Of a stretch of 64,000 nucleotides of DNA, positions 11,629 to 23,470 are shown piece by piece. Each line of letters starts with the position of its first letter. Positions within the stretch are counted from its first letter, which is position 1. The DNA is from Escherichia coli (lineage in GTDB: Bacteria; Pseudomonadota; Gammaproteobacteria; Enterobacterales; Enterobacteriaceae): assembly GCF_036507355.1 (NCBI RefSeq), contig NZ_AP027877.1; one strand, given 5' to 3'. Made by a program: the position numbers and the translations under genes. The notes under the pieces were generated by a model that saw only the letters and a program-made list of their open reading frames with translations, had not been told where the DNA came from and made no database searches.

Positions 11629-12555
11629 TCATTGCTTTAATCTGGCGGCGGTTTTTGCCTCAATCTGCTTAAGTAGGCTGCCGCTGTTCGGGCGGATAAA
11701 ATCAGCGATTTCCCACTTACCTTCGCGCCGCTGTAAAACCAGTTCTTGTTCTTCGTTGTTGCCATTGGTCAGCGTAAAACGAACATGAATGCGGGCGGAA
11801 TCGGCGGTTTTCTCCAGGACACGAATTTCATCAACGCGTGAAAATAGCGACTCTTCGCCAAAACAGATCGGATTGTCGTAAATAAATTGCCGTTCTATTT
11901 GCATATCTTCTTCGGGATTGTTGGCCGTCTTGAAGGTGGTTTTATAGAAGGCGTTAACCGCCTGGCGGTAAGAGTCGGAAACCACCCACGTCCACGGCCA
12001 GCTATAATCGGCAATATGTTCAAAGAGTTCGGCAACAAAGGCTTCCGGCTGTTCTTTTTGCAACGAAGCTAAAGCGGCCAGCGTTTTTTCATTCTCGTTA
12101 TTAACTGCTTGTAAGACGCTGCCATGATTGCTGACAATATCGTCAATGACCCAACGACCATTTTCCGCCACCATTTTCAGTGTCTGCGTGGTCTTTTCTT
12201 TATCATCTTTAAAGATACGAAAGCGCACAACGGCATCGGCATGATCGGCGTCAGTTTGAGTTATCGCTACGCTTTCTAGCACCAGATCGCCAAAATCCTG
12301 ACAATCACAAACCGGATCATAATCCAGCCAGCCAATATTGCCCGGCAGCGTAAGATTGTCGTTCAGGGTAAGCGCCTGTTGAATACGCACAGAAGTTATC
12401 GCCCGCTCTCCGGTTTCACCAAAATAAGGGGCAGTGGCATCTGATTTATAGTTCTGATAAATATGCCGGACTGTTTGTTCTACGGTCTGTGAGGGGGGCT
12501 GTGCGTGTACGGTAAAACTTGCCAGGGCTGCTAAAAACAGAAGTATTATTTTCAT
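11629..12555 (-). CDS. yqhG: Periplasmic protein YqhG (DUF3828)
   Basis: 308-aa ORF with signal peptide MKIILLFLAALASFTVHA; recognised as YqhG. Confidence 0.85.
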   Translation of the reverse strand: MKIILLFLAALASFTVHAQPPSQTVEQTVRHIYQNYKSDATAPYFGETGERAITSVRIQQALTLNDNLTLPGNIGWLDYDPVCDCQDFGDLVLESVAITQTDADHADAVVRFRIFKDDKEKTTQTLKMVAENGRWVIDDIVSNHGSVLQAVNNENEKTLAALASLQKEQPEAFVAELFEHIADYSWPWTWVVSDSYRQAVNAFYKTTFKTANNPEEDMQIERQFIYDNPICFGEESLFSRVDEIRVLEKTADSARIHVRFTLTNGNNEEQELVLQRREGKWEIADFIRPNSGSLLKQIEAKTAARLKQ

Positions 12556-12754
12556 CTGTTTTTCACCTCTCCGTTGCGTTTATCCCGGATATAGATGAGT
12601 TGTTCTTTTAAGAGCTTCCGGCTCTGCATGATGATGTCCTTATATTTGGTATTCCTGAACAAGGAAGAGTAACAACGGGCGGGACGCGAGGGGAATAAAT
12701 GATTTCTGAAAAGTCCGGTAGCGGAACATTACCGCCACCGGGAGAATTTGCACG

Positions 12755-13582
12755 TTAGCCGCCGAACTGGTCAGGATCGGGACCGAGACGCTTGCCCTGA
12801 TCGAGTTTTGCAATTTCGCCGAGTTCGTCTTTGTCGAGACGGAAATCCCAGACATCAAAGTTTTCGGCAATACGTGAAGGTGTGACCGATTTCGGGATCA
12901 CCACCAGGCCGCTATCCAGATGCCAGCGGATAACAATCTGCGCCGGGGTTTTGCCGTATTTATCTGCCAGATCGCGAATGACTTTCTGATCGAAAACGCC
13001 TTTCCCTCCTTGCGCTAATGGGCTCCAGGATTCGGTCTGGATTTTGTGTGTCGCGTTCCAGGCGTGTAGCTGGCGTTGTTGCATCAGCGGATGAAGTTCG
13101 ATCTGGTTTATCACAGGCGTCACGCCAGTTTCATCAATCAGGCGTTGCAGGTGATGGATCTGGAAGTTGCACACGCCGATGCTTTTGATTAATCCCTCTT
13201 TTTGCAATTCGATCATGCCTTTCCATGCTTCGACATAATGGTCGATAGCGGGAACGGGCCAGTGCATTAAGTAGAGGTCGATATAATCAAGCTGTAGTTT
13301 TTTCAGGCTGTCGAGCAGGGCTTCGCGGGGGCGCTTGTGGTCGTCGTTCCACAGCTTAGTGGTGATGAACAGTTCTTCTCTGTTGACTGAGGCATTTTTC
13401 AGGGCTTTGCCGACACCTTCTTCGTTCTTATAGGCCGCGGCGGTATCAATCGAGCGATAACCCACTTCTAACGCTTTTTGAATGGCGGTGATTACTTCCT
13501 CATTACTTGCTTGCCAGACGCCCAGTCCCAACTGGGGCATGACATTGCCATCCTGTAGCTTAATAACGGTTGGATTAGCCAT
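12755..13582 (-). CDS. dkgA: 2,5-diketo-D-gluconate / methylglyoxal reductase A (aldo-keto reductase)
   Basis: 275-aa ORF MANPTVIKLQDGNVMPQLGLGVWQ...; recognised as DkgA. Confidence 0.95.
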   Translation of the reverse strand: MANPTVIKLQDGNVMPQLGLGVWQASNEEVITAIQKALEVGYRSIDTAAAYKNEEGVGKALKNASVNREELFITTKLWNDDHKRPREALLDSLKKLQLDYIDLYLMHWPVPAIDHYVEAWKGMIELQKEGLIKSIGVCNFQIHHLQRLIDETGVTPVINQIELHPLMQQRQLHAWNATHKIQTESWSPLAQGGKGVFDQKVIRDLADKYGKTPAQIVIRWHLDSGLVVIPKSVTPSRIAENFDVWDFRLDKDELGEIAKLDQGKRLGPDPDQFGG

Positions 13583-13686
13583 ACGTTCCTCCTTTATATG
13601 AACTCACCGGAGCAGGCTCCGGTGAGGTGTTGTGAACTTAAGTCTGGACGAAATGCCCGAAAACGAAAGTTTGAGGCGTAAAAAGC

Positions 13687-14850
13687 TTAGCGGGCGGCTT
13701 CGTATATACGGCGGCTGACATCCAGCGTAATGTCATGATTTTCGCCCAGTTGGGTCATGCCGTGCTCTTCCAGTTTTTTCAGCAAAGCCGGGATGGAGCT
13801 GCCGTCCAGACCGTAGTCGGAGAGGTGGGTCGGCACGCCTAATTGCTCAAAGAAATTGCGGGTTGCGGCAATCGCGGCGTCAATACGCTCATCGTCGGAA
13901 CCTTCAGTGATGTTCCAGACGCGTTCAGCATATTGCAGCAGCTTAGCGCGCTTGGTATCGCGTTTTTCATTCCACAGTGCAGGCAGGACGATAGCCAGTG
14001 TTTGCGCGTGATCCAGACCGTGCATCGCAGTCAGTTCGTGGCCCAGCATATGCGTTGCCCAGTCCTGCGGTACGCCAGCGCCAATCAAACCGTTCAGCGC
14101 CTGAGTCGCCGCCCACATGACGTTGGCGCGCACATCGTAGTTTTCTGGCTCTTTCAGGGCTTTCGGACCATCTTCGATCAGCGTCAGCAAAATGCCTTCT
14201 GCGAAACGGTCCTGAATTTTGGCATCAACCGGTTTGGTAACATACTGTTCCACGGTGTGTACAAAGGCGTCCACTACGCCGTTAGCCACCTGACGCGGCG
14301 GCAGGGTGTAGGTATAAACCGGATCGAGCACGGCAAATACGGGCTGAACATGGGCAGAATGGAACGCCTGCTTATCGCCTGTGGTTTTACGGGAGATCAC
14401 CGCACCGGCGTTGGATTCTGAACCGGTTGCTGGCAGCGTCAGCACACAGCCCATCGGGATGGCGCTTTTAATCTCTTTACCACCCGTTTGCAGAATGTGC
14501 CACGGATCGATATTTTCCGGATAGTTAGCCGCTGCGGCGATAAATTTGGTGCCGTCCAGTACAGAACCGCCGCCAACCGCCAGCAGGAAAGTCACTTTCT
14601 GTTCGCGAACCAGTTTCACGGCGTTCATCAGCGTTTCATAAGCCGGGTTTGGCTCAATACCGCCAAATTCCAGCACGTCCATGCCTTTCAGGGCATCCAG
14701 AACTTGATCGAGAACGCCGGTTTTTTTCACGCTGCCGCCACCGTAGGTAATCAATACGCGAGCATCGTGAGGAATTTGTTCGCGTAAACCAGCGATTGCG
14801 CCTTTACCAAACAGAATGCGGGTTGGGGTGTGCAGATTAAAGTTGTTCAT
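13687..14850 (-). CDS. yqhD: NADPH-dependent aldehyde reductase YqhD (iron-containing ADH family)
   Basis: ORF 13687-14874 trimmed to ATG at 14848-14850 giving [17 protein letters not shown]... (387 aa); recognised as YqhD. Confidence 0.95.
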   Translation of the reverse strand: MNNFNLHTPTRILFGKGAIAGLREQIPHDARVLITYGGGSVKKTGVLDQVLDALKGMDVLEFGGIEPNPAYETLMNAVKLVREQKVTFLLAVGGGSVLDGTKFIAAAANYPENIDPWHILQTGGKEIKSAIPMGCVLTLPATGSESNAGAVISRKTTGDKQAFHSAHVQPVFAVLDPVYTYTLPPRQVANGVVDAFVHTVEQYVTKPVDAKIQDRFAEGILLTLIEDGPKALKEPENYDVRANVMWAATQALNGLIGAGVPQDWATHMLGHELTAMHGLDHAQTLAIVLPALWNEKRDTKRAKLLQYAERVWNITEGSDDERIDAAIAATRNFFEQLGVPTHLSDYGLDGSSIPALLKKLEEHGMTQLGENHDITLDVSRRIYEAAR

Positions 14851-14986
14851 TACTTGCTCCCTTTGCTGGGCCAATATGAGGGCAGAGAACGATCTGCCTG
14901 ATGTTTTTCATTGTGATCGCCAGCGCCCTGGCTCTCAATGCTCATTTCTGCCAATGTCTTGCCTATTTCTCCAGAGTGCTGGAGAA

Positions 14987-15943
14987 ATGCTACAAAATTG
15001 CGCACAATCAAATTGCCGCATTATTCCTAAGAAATTACGCGATATGAAACGTGAAGAGATTTGCCGCTTGCTGGCGGATAAAGTTAATAAACTGAAAAAT
15101 AAAGAAAATAGTTTGTCAGAACTGTTGCCCGATGTGCGTTTGTTGTATGGCGAGACGCCTTTCGCACGTACACCGGTGATGTACGAGCCTGGCATCATAA
15201 TTCTCTTTTCCGGACATAAAATCGGTTATATCAATGAACGCGTGTTTCGTTATGATGCCAATGAATACCTGCTGCTGACGGTGCCGTTGCCGTTTGAGTG
15301 CGAAACCTATGCCACGTCAGAGGTGCCGCTGGCAGGGTTGCGTCTCAATGTCGATATTTTGCAGTTACAGGAACTGTTGATGGACATTGGCGAAGATGAG
15401 CATTTCCAGCCGTCGATGGCAGCCAGCGGGATTAACTCCGCCACGTTATCAGAAGAGATTTTATGCGCGGCGGAGCGGTTACTCGACGTGATGGAGCGAC
15501 CACTGGATGCGCGTATTCTCGGCAAACAGATCATCCGCGAAATTCTGTACTACGTGCTGACCGGACCTTGCGGCGGCGCGTTACTGGCGCTGGTCAGTCG
15601 CCAGACTCACTTCAGTCTGATTAGCCGCGTGCTGAAACGGATTGAGAATAAATACACCGAAAACCTGAGCGTCGAGCAACTGGCGGCAGAAGCCAATATG
15701 AGCGTATCGGCGTTCCACCATAATTTTAAGTCTGTCACCAGCACCTCGCCGTTGCAGTATTTGAAGAATTACCGTCTGCATAAGGCGCGGATGATGATCA
15801 TCCATGACGGCATGAAGGCCAGCGCAGCAGCGATGCGCGTCGGCTATGAAAGCGCATCGCAATTTAGCCGTGAGTTTAAACGTTACTTCGGTGTGACGCC
15901 GGGGGAAGATGCGGCAAGAATGCGGGCGATGCAGGGGAATTAA
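14987..15943 (+). CDS. yqhC: AraC-family transcriptional activator YqhC
   Basis: ORF 14816-15943 trimmed to ATG 14987 ([13 protein letters not shown]..., 318 aa) to avoid overlap with divergent yqhD; C-terminal AraC HTH. Confidence 0.9.
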   Translation: MLQNCAQSNCRIIPKKLRDMKREEICRLLADKVNKLKNKENSLSELLPDVRLLYGETPFARTPVMYEPGIIILFSGHKIGYINERVFRYDANEYLLLTVPLPFECETYATSEVPLAGLRLNVDILQLQELLMDIGEDEHFQPSMAASGINSATLSEEILCAAERLLDVMERPLDARILGKQIIREILYYVLTGPCGGALLALVSRQTHFSLISRVLKRIENKYTENLSVEQLAAEANMSVSAFHHNFKSVTSTSPLQYLKNYRLHKARMMIIHDGMKASAAAMRVGYESASQFSREFKRYFGVTPGEDAARMRAMQGN

Positions 15944-15982
15944 ATACGTTCCCGGTACAGCAGCCGGGAACGGGGAAAATCG

Positions 15983-16642
15983 TCAGGCGTTACAGTATTT
16001 TTTTTTAATCACCACAAACAGCGTGCCTAACAAGCCAGCGGTTAACAAGGCAATTGGCAGGATCATCAGGAACGTCATTACCTGATCTTCATGGCGTTTA
16101 ACGAACGGAATCATACTTAAGGCATAGCCGAAACTGGTTACCACGCTGACCCACAGCAATCCGCTTAACCAGTTGAAAAACTGGAAACGGCGGTTTGGCA
16201 GACCGGAAATTCCCGCCATGGTTGGCAGCAGCGTACGGACAAATGCAAGAAAACGTCCAGCCAGCAGCGCCAGCAGACCGTGGCGGTCAAACATGCAGGT
16301 GGCGCGCTGATGATATTTAGCAGGAAGCTGTGCCAGCCAGCCTTTCACCGTTTTGGTATTCCCTAACCAGCGCCCCTGAATATAACTTAGCCAGCAGCCC
16401 AGACTTGCTGCGGCGGTCAGAATCGCAATCGTAGGCAGAAAATCCATAACCCCCTGGGCAATCAATGCGCCTGCCAGTATCAACAAGCTGTCGCCTGGCA
16501 AAAATGAGGCGGGCAGCAGGCCGTTTTCTAAAAACAGCGTGGCAAACATGACAAAGTAAACAACGCTAACAATATGAGGATCCGCCAGCGCGGCAAAGTC
16601 GTGTTGCCAGAGAGCAGCGATGATATCTTGAATAACAGCCAT
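15983..16642 (-). CDS. yghB: DedA-family inner membrane protein YghB
   Basis: 219-aa hydrophobic [26 protein letters not shown]...; recognised as YghB. Confidence 0.9.
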
Positions 16643-16781
16643 GGACTTTCCTGTGGAACAGCGTTTAAGCCTTTATCTGCCTATTGTACTCCTGAATCGT
16701 CCGGGACGCCTTGATCCCGGACGCAACAATTTAAGACTTTTCACAATAAAATGTCTGCAAAATTGTCCAAAAGTGGCAATG

Positions 16782-17969
16782 TTATACAATCCGCGCAAAA
16801 CCGGCGTCCAGATCGGCAATCAGATCGTCGACATCTTCCAGACCAATATGCAGGCGAATCAAGGTCCCGCTAAAATCGATCTCGCCTTGTGGGCGAATGG
16901 CGGCGATATGTTCTGGTTGATTTGCCAGGATCAACGATTCATACCCGCCCCACGAGTAGGCCATGCTGAATAAACTGAAGTTATCCAGATAGTTCGCCAG
17001 CTCTTCATCATTGAGTTTTTTCTTAAGCACAAAGGAAAATAGCCCGCTGCTGCCTGTAAAGTCTCGTTTCCAGAATTCGTGTCCTTTACTGCCTGGCAGG
17101 GCAGGGTGGTTAACTCGCGCAACTTGCGGATGTTCTGCCAGCCATTCGGCCACTTTCAGACTGCTTTCATGATGTTGACGCAAACGCACACCTAATGTGC
17201 GCAGGCCACGGCTGGTTATATAGGCGGTATCAGCATCGACCATTTGGCCCATCAGATAGGCATTTTCCCGTAGCTGCTCCCAGCAACGGGCATTGCACAC
17301 CGCAGTGCCAATCATCGCATCTGAATGCCCAACCAGATATTTGGTGGCGGCCTGAATAGAAACATCGATGCCAAAATCCAGCGCCTTAAACAGCACACCG
17401 GCTGCCCAGGTGTTGTCGATCATAATGATGGCATCCGGCACCACACTGCGCACGGCGGCAACAATCGCCGGAACGTCGTGGACTTCCATAGTGATGGAAC
17501 CCGGCGATTCCAGAAATACGATTTTAGTGTTTGGCTGCAGATGCTTAACGATATCGGCACCAATCAGCGGATCAAACCATGATGTCGTTACGCCCAGTTT
17601 GCTGAGGATTTTGCTACAGAAATCCTGACTCGGTTCATAGGCGGTGTTGGTCATCAACACATGATCGCCCTGTTCGACAAAAGCAAGAATCGAATTAGCA
17701 ACCGCTGCCGCCCCGCAGGGAAATAGCGCGCAGCCTGCGCCACCTTCCAGTTCACACATCGCTTGTTGTAAGGAAAAATGGGTTAACGTTCCGCGCCGTC
17801 CATAGAACAACTCGCCATTGGCGCGATTGCGCGTCGCGTGCTTTTTGGCTTCCATACTGTCAAATACCAGCGAAGAAGCGCGCTGAATCACGCTATTTAC
17901 CGCGCCGAGAGTGTATTTTTTGCTGCGTCCTGCATTCACCAGTTGAGTATCAAGCTTTTTGTCCGCCAT
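16782..17969 (-). CDS. metC: Cystathionine beta-lyase
   Basis: ORF 16782-18104 trimmed to ATG 17967-17969 ([22 protein letters not shown]..., 395 aa); PLP-dependent fold; recognised as MetC. Confidence 0.95.
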   Translation of the reverse strand: MADKKLDTQLVNAGRSKKYTLGAVNSVIQRASSLVFDSMEAKKHATRNRANGELFYGRRGTLTHFSLQQAMCELEGGAGCALFPCGAAAVANSILAFVEQGDHVLMTNTAYEPSQDFCSKILSKLGVTTSWFDPLIGADIVKHLQPNTKIVFLESPGSITMEVHDVPAIVAAVRSVVPDAIIMIDNTWAAGVLFKALDFGIDVSIQAATKYLVGHSDAMIGTAVCNARCWEQLRENAYLMGQMVDADTAYITSRGLRTLGVRLRQHHESSLKVAEWLAEHPQVARVNHPALPGSKGHEFWKRDFTGSSGLFSFVLKKKLNDEELANYLDNFSLFSMAYSWGGYESLILANQPEHIAAIRPQGEIDFSGTLIRLHIGLEDVDDLIADLDAGFARIV

Positions 17970-18134
17970 GTCGGGATTCCTGTTTTTATACGTCTGGATG
18001 TCTAAACTAGCATGAATATTCGCGGGCGCATCCTGAAGAATTGGCATAAAGCAGAAAATTTTCGCAAATGGCGTGCTGGTGACTTTTTTACTGCGTAAAC
18101 GCAAGGAAAAGAAAGCAAAGGTACGGCAGTATGC

Positions 18135-18160
18135 AAATAGTAATGAGAACGACTATCAAT
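18135..18160 (+). promoter_or_regulatory. Fur-box-like sequence upstream of exbB
   Basis: AATAGTAATGAGAACGACTATCAATT resembles the GATAATGATAATCATTATC Fur consensus; exbBD is known to be iron-regulated. Confidence 0.35.
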
Positions 18161-18220
18161 TCGACGTCGTTTTGATATTATTATGCGCAGATTTTGTGAC
18201 TTGCGTCCTGGAGATACACA

Positions 18221-18955
18221 GTGGGTAATAATTTAATGCAGACGGACCTTTCCGTCTGGGGTATGTATCAGCACGCCGATATTGTCGTTAAGTGCGTGAT
18301 GATTGGGCTTATTTTGGCCTCCGTAGTCACCTGGGCAATCTTCTTCAGTAAGAGCGTAGAGTTCTTCAATCAGAAGCGTCGCCTTAAGCGCGAGCAGCAA
18401 CTGCTGGCTAAAGCGCGTTCCTTAAACCAGGCCAACGATATCGCCGCTGATTTTGGTAGCAAAAGCTTAAGCCTGCATTTGCTCAATGAAGCGCAGAATG
18501 AGCTGGAACTGTCAGAAGGCAGCGACGATAACGAAGGTATTAAAGAACGTACCAGCTTCCGTCTGGAGCGTCGGGTCGCCGCAGTAGGTCGTCAAATGGG
18601 CCGCGGTAACGGCTATCTGGCAACCATCGGCGCGATTTCGCCGTTCGTTGGGCTGTTTGGTACGGTCTGGGGCATCATGAACAGCTTTATTGGTATCGCG
18701 CAAACGCAGACCACTAACCTGGCAGTCGTTGCGCCGGGTATCGCAGAAGCTCTGTTAGCAACGGCAATCGGTCTGGTGGCAGCGATTCCGGCGGTCGTTA
18801 TCTATAACGTATTTGCACGCCAGATTGGCGGCTTTAAAGCGATGCTGGGTGATGTTGCAGCGCAGGTATTGTTGCTGCAAAGCCGTGACCTGGATCTGGA
18901 AGCCAGCGCCGCTGCGCATCCGGTTCGTGTCGCACAAAAATTACGCGCAGGATAA
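18221..18955 (+). CDS. exbB: TonB-system proton-channel protein ExbB
   Basis: 244-aa ORF from a GTG start, MGNNLMQTDLSVWGMYQHADIVV...; recognised as ExbB. Confidence 0.95.
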   Translation: MGNNLMQTDLSVWGMYQHADIVVKCVMIGLILASVVTWAIFFSKSVEFFNQKRRLKREQQLLAKARSLNQANDIAADFGSKSLSLHLLNEAQNELELSEGSDDNEGIKERTSFRLERRVAAVGRQMGRGNGYLATIGAISPFVGLFGTVWGIMNSFIGIAQTQTTNLAVVAPGIAEALLATAIGLVAAIPAVVIYNVFARQIGGFKAMLGDVAAQVLLLQSRDLDLEASAAAHPVRVAQKLRAG

Positions 18956-18961
18956 TGTCCG

Positions 18962-19387
18962 ATGGCAATGCATCTTAACGAAAACCTCGACGATAACGGC
19001 GAAATGCATGATATCAACGTGACGCCGTTTATCGACGTGATGTTGGTTCTGCTGATTATCTTTATGGTGGCGGCACCGTTAGCGACGGTAGATGTGAAGG
19101 TTAACTTGCCTGCTTCTACCAGCACGCCGCAGCCGCGCCCGGAAAAACCGGTTTATCTGTCGGTGAAGGCAGACAACTCGATGTTTATCGGTAACGATCC
19201 GGTCACCGATGAAACAATGATTACGGCGTTGAATGCGTTAACCGAAGGTAAGAAAGACACCACCATCTTCTTCCGAGCGGACAAAACCGTCGATTACGAG
19301 ACGTTGATGAAGGTAATGGATACGCTGCATCAGGCGGGTTATCTGAAGATAGGCCTGGTCGGCGAAGAAACCGCTAAAGCGAAGTAA
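18962..19387 (+). CDS. exbD: TonB-system protein ExbD
   Basis: 141-aa ORF MAMHLNENLDDNGEMHDINVTPFIDVMLVLLIIF...; recognised as ExbD. Confidence 0.95.
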   Translation: MAMHLNENLDDNGEMHDINVTPFIDVMLVLLIIFMVAAPLATVDVKVNLPASTSTPQPRPEKPVYLSVKADNSMFIGNDPVTDETMITALNALTEGKKDTTIFFRADKTVDYETLMKVMDTLHQAGYLKIGLVGEETAKAK

Positions 19388-19394
19388 AGTAGAA

Positions 19395-19610
19395 TTGCCT
19401 GATGCGCTACGCTCATCAGGCCTACAAAATCTATTGCAACATGTTGAATCTTCGTGCGTTTGTAGGCCGGATAAGGCGTTCACGCCGCATCCGGCATTAG
19501 GTGCTCAATGCCTGATGCGCTACGCTTATCAGGCCTACAAAATCTATTGCAACATGTTGAATCTTCATGCGTTTGTAGGCGGATAAGGCGTTTTCGCCAC
19601 ATCAGGTAAG
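19395..19610. repeat. Tandem REP (BIME-type) elements, two near-identical ~80-bp units
   Basis: GCCTGATGCGCTACGCT(C/T)ATCAGGCCTACAAAATCTATTGCAACATGTTGAATCTTC(G/A)TGCGTTTGTAGGC(C)GGATAAGGCG occurs twice (about 19397-19478 and 19510-19590); REP consensus palindromes. Confidence 0.8.
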
Positions 19611-19627
19611 AGTGAATTCACAATGAT

Positions 19628-19660
19628 GCCCGGTTGCTTTTCACAACCGGGCATTTTTTT
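19628..19660 (+). terminator. Rho-independent terminator (exbBD side) abutting the yghA stop
   Basis: Hairpin GCCCGGTTG-CTTTTCA-CAACCGGGC followed by TTTTTTT. Confidence 0.6.
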
Positions 19661-20543
19661 AACCTAAATGCTCGCCGCCGCACACGCCGTGCACTTCTGC
19701 GGTGACGTAGCTCGACTCCTGACTTGCCAGATAAACATATACAGGGGCCAGTTCCGCCGGTTGCCCCGCACGCTTCATCGGCGTTTTCTGACCAAACTGC
19801 GGGATCTTATCCTGCGTTTGTCCGCCGGAAATTTGCAGTGCTGTCCAGATCGGGCCTGGCGCGACAATATTCACCCGAATACCTTTCTCTGCGACCTGTT
19901 TTGCCAGGCCACGGCTGTAGTTCAGAATTGCCGCCTTCGTAGCTGCATAGTCCAGTAAATGCGGGCTTGGCTGGTATGCCTGGATTGACGAAGTGGTGAT
20001 GATACTTGCACCTTTCGGTAGCAGGGGTATCGCTTCCTGGGTTAGCCAGAACAGTGCGAAAACGTTAATGGCAAAGGTCTTTTGAAACTGTTCGCTGGTG
20101 AGGTCTGCAATATCAGGAATGGCAACCTGTTTCCCGGCGACCAGCGCCATAATATCCAGCCCACCTAAGGCCTTATGCGCTTCGTGAACCAGCGAACGGG
20201 CAAATTTCTCATCGCTTAAATCGCCTGGCAGCAGAACGGCTTTGCGTCCGCATTCTTCAATGATCTTTTTCACATCCTGAGCGTCTTCTTCTTCTACGGG
20301 AAGATAACTGATCGCCACGTCAGCCCCTTCACGCGCGTAAGCGATGGCGGCAGCGCGACCGATTCCGGAATCGCCCCCTGTCACCAGGGCTTTACGATCT
20401 TTCAGGCGACCGCTACCAACATAGGTTTTCTCGCCGCAATCCGGTACCGGTGTCATCTTCGCCTGGATGCCTGGCGTCGGTTGTTTCTGTTTGGGATATT
20501 CACCAGTGTAATACTGCGTGGTCGGGTCTTTTAAATGAGACAT
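19659..20543 (-). CDS. yghA: NADP-dependent short-chain dehydrogenase/reductase YghA
   Basis: 294-aa ORF with [10 protein letters not shown] Rossmann motif; recognised as YghA. Confidence 0.9.
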   Translation of the reverse strand: MSHLKDPTTQYYTGEYPKQKQPTPGIQAKMTPVPDCGEKTYVGSGRLKDRKALVTGGDSGIGRAAAIAYAREGADVAISYLPVEEEDAQDVKKIIEECGRKAVLLPGDLSDEKFARSLVHEAHKALGGLDIMALVAGKQVAIPDIADLTSEQFQKTFAINVFALFWLTQEAIPLLPKGASIITTSSIQAYQPSPHLLDYAATKAAILNYSRGLAKQVAEKGIRVNIVAPGPIWTALQISGGQTQDKIPQFGQKTPMKRAGQPAELAPVYVYLASQESSYVTAEVHGVCGGEHLG

Positions 20544-20664
20544 CGTTTTTCTCCCTTCAGGTTCAACGTCCTTTAAGGGTAGACGCTCTCGATGCGTTGA
20601 TAAGGGAACCAGGAAGATCCCTAACCCTCAGAATTATGCGACAAAGATTTAACGGATATGTTGA

Positions 20665-21228
<564 letters not shown>

Positions 21229-21267
21229 TCTGATTCGGGCGCGGTTCTCGCGCCCGTTATTAACAGG

Positions 21268-22308
21268 TCATTTATCGGAAGACGCCTGCCACAGATTCAG
21301 CTCGCCATCGGCGATATGCTGATCGATCTGCGCCAGCTCCTCGGTGCTAAATGTCAGATTATTCAGCGCCTGCACGTTCTCCTCAAGTTGCTCCGCGCGG
21401 CTGGCACCAACCAATACCGACGTCACTCGCTCATCTTTCAGCAACCAGCTTAACGCCATTTGCGCCATTGATTGTCCACGCTGCTGTGCCATGTCATTCA
21501 ATAATCGCAGGCTGTTGAGGTTGGCTTCGGTGAGCATTTTCGGCGTCAGACCACGAACTTTATTCCCTTCACGATGCATCCGTGAATCTTGCGGAATGCC
21601 GTTGAGATATTTTCCGGTCAGCAATCCCTGAGCCAGAGGAGTAAAGGCAATGCAGCCCACGCCGTTATTTTGCAGGGTATCCAGCAGGCCGCTTTTATCC
21701 ACCCAGCGGTTCAGTAAATTGTACGAAGGTTGATGAATTAACAGCGGAATTTTCCACTCGCGCAGTAACTCGACCATTTTTTGCGTCCGCTCTGGCGAGT
21801 AAGAGGAGATCCCGACATACAGCGCCTTACCGCTTTGTACCGCATGAGCCAGCGCAGAGGCGGTTTCTTCCATCGGCGTATTTTCATCGACGCGATGAGA
21901 GTAAAAGATATCGACATACTCAAGCCCCATACGCTTCAGGCTTTGGTCGAGGCTGGCGAGCAGGTATTTACGTGAACCGCCAGAGCCGTAAGGGCCGGGC
22001 CACATATCGTAGCCAGCCTTGGTAGAGATAATCAGTTCATCGCGATAAGCGGCAAAATCCTCCCGCAGCAGGCGACCAAAGTTCTCTTCTGCGCTTCCTG
22101 GAGGCGGCCCGTAATTGTTGGCTAAATCAAAGTGCGTAATGCCCAAATCAAACGCTTTGCGCAGGATCGCACGCTGTGGTTCCAGCGCGTTAACGTGACC
22201 GAAATTGTGCCATAAACCGAGCGATAACGCGGGCAGGCGTAAACCGCTTTTTCCGCAATAGCGGTATTGCATCTGCCCGTAACGTTCGGGATTCGCTAAC
22301 CAGACCAT
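21268..22308 (-). CDS. gpr: L-glyceraldehyde-3-phosphate reductase (aldo-keto reductase YghZ)
   Basis: 346-aa ORF MVWLANPERYGQMQYRYCGKSGLRLPALSLGLW...; recognised as Gpr/YghZ. Confidence 0.9.
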   Translation of the reverse strand: MVWLANPERYGQMQYRYCGKSGLRLPALSLGLWHNFGHVNALEPQRAILRKAFDLGITHFDLANNYGPPPGSAEENFGRLLREDFAAYRDELIISTKAGYDMWPGPYGSGGSRKYLLASLDQSLKRMGLEYVDIFYSHRVDENTPMEETASALAHAVQSGKALYVGISSYSPERTQKMVELLREWKIPLLIHQPSYNLLNRWVDKSGLLDTLQNNGVGCIAFTPLAQGLLTGKYLNGIPQDSRMHREGNKVRGLTPKMLTEANLNSLRLLNDMAQQRGQSMAQMALSWLLKDERVTSVLVGASRAEQLEENVQALNNLTFSTEELAQIDQHIADGELNLWQASSDK

Positions 22309-22464
22309 GACCTCTCCTTTCCACCGTTCAATTTCGAAACAATGTTTCTAGTTTAGCGATTCGCCAGCGCGTATCCCGTAGTCTGGCTCACAGAGTGACG
22401 AAAAACTGGGCAAAAACACGTGCTTATGCTTTGCTTAAAAAAACACCAACTGAGGAGTGCAACG

Positions 22465-23352
22465 ATGCCGCGTTTAACCGCCAAAGATTTCCCACAAGAG
22501 TTGTTGGATTACTACGACTATTACGCTCACGGGAAAATCTCGAAACGTGAGTTCCTCAACCTGGCGGCGAAGTATGCGGTGGGCGGGATGACGGCATTAG
22601 CGTTGTTTGATTTGCTCAAGCCAAATTATGCGCTGGCGACTCAGGTAGAGTTTACCGACCCGGAGATTGTTGCTGAGTACATCACGTATCCTTCGCCAAA
22701 TGGTCACGGCGAGGTACGGGGTTATCTGGTGAAACCCGCAAGGATGAGCGGCAAAACGCCAGCCGTGGTGGTGGTGCATGAGAATCGTGGACTGAATCCG
22801 TATATCGAAGATGTGGCACGGCGAGTGGCGAAGGCGGGGTATATCGCCCTGGCACCTGACGGCTTAAGTTCCGTTGGAGGTTATCCGGGAAATGATGATA
22901 AAGGTCGTGAGCTGCAACAGCAGGTTGATCCAACCAAACTGATGAATGATTTTTTTGCCGCAATTGAGTTTATGCAACGCTATCCGCAAGCGACAGGCAA
23001 AGTGGGTATTACCGGATTTTGCTATGGCGGTGGCGTATCGAACGCGGCGGCTGTCGCGTATCCGGAACTGGCCTGCGCGGTGCCGTTTTATGGTCGTCAG
23101 GCACCCACTGCCGATGTGGCGAAGATTGAAGCGCCTTTACTACTCCACTTCGCGGAACTGGACACCCGAATCAACGAGGGCTGGCCTGCTTACGAGGCGG
23201 CGTTGAAAGCCAATAATAAGGTTTATGAGGCGTATATCTATCCGGGGGTTAATCACGGATTCCATAATGATTCCACGCCCCGTTATGACAAATCTGCCGC
23301 CGATCTTGCCTGGCAAAGGACACTGAAATGGTTCGATAAATATCTCTCCTGA
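22465..23352 (+). CDS. yghX: Dienelactone-hydrolase-family protein YghX, apparently intact
   Basis: Uninterrupted ORF 22420-23352 (310 aa); likely start MPRLTAKDF at 22465; alpha/beta hydrolase with GFCYGG nucleophile-elbow-like motif. Confidence 0.8.
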   Translation: MPRLTAKDFPQELLDYYDYYAHGKISKREFLNLAAKYAVGGMTALALFDLLKPNYALATQVEFTDPEIVAEYITYPSPNGHGEVRGYLVKPARMSGKTPAVVVVHENRGLNPYIEDVARRVAKAGYIALAPDGLSSVGGYPGNDDKGRELQQQVDPTKLMNDFFAAIEFMQRYPQATGKVGITGFCYGGGVSNAAAVAYPELACAVPFYGRQAPTADVAKIEAPLLLHFAELDTRINEGWPAYEAALKANNKVYEAYIYPGVNHGFHNDSTPRYDKSAADLAWQRTLKWFDKYLS

Positions 23353-23470
23353 TAGGTTTATCTCTTACGGGATTACGTCTTAAACAAGCATGAAAAAATA
23401 GCGTGCGCAAAAGTCGTTCTTTGCCTAAAATATCGCTATATATGACAATATATAGTGAATGAGGTGAACG

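Noticed and set aside
19395-19610. Possible CRISPR-like repeat array
   Set aside because: Only two repeat units, each a REP palindrome; no spacer-repeat periodicity and no cas genes.
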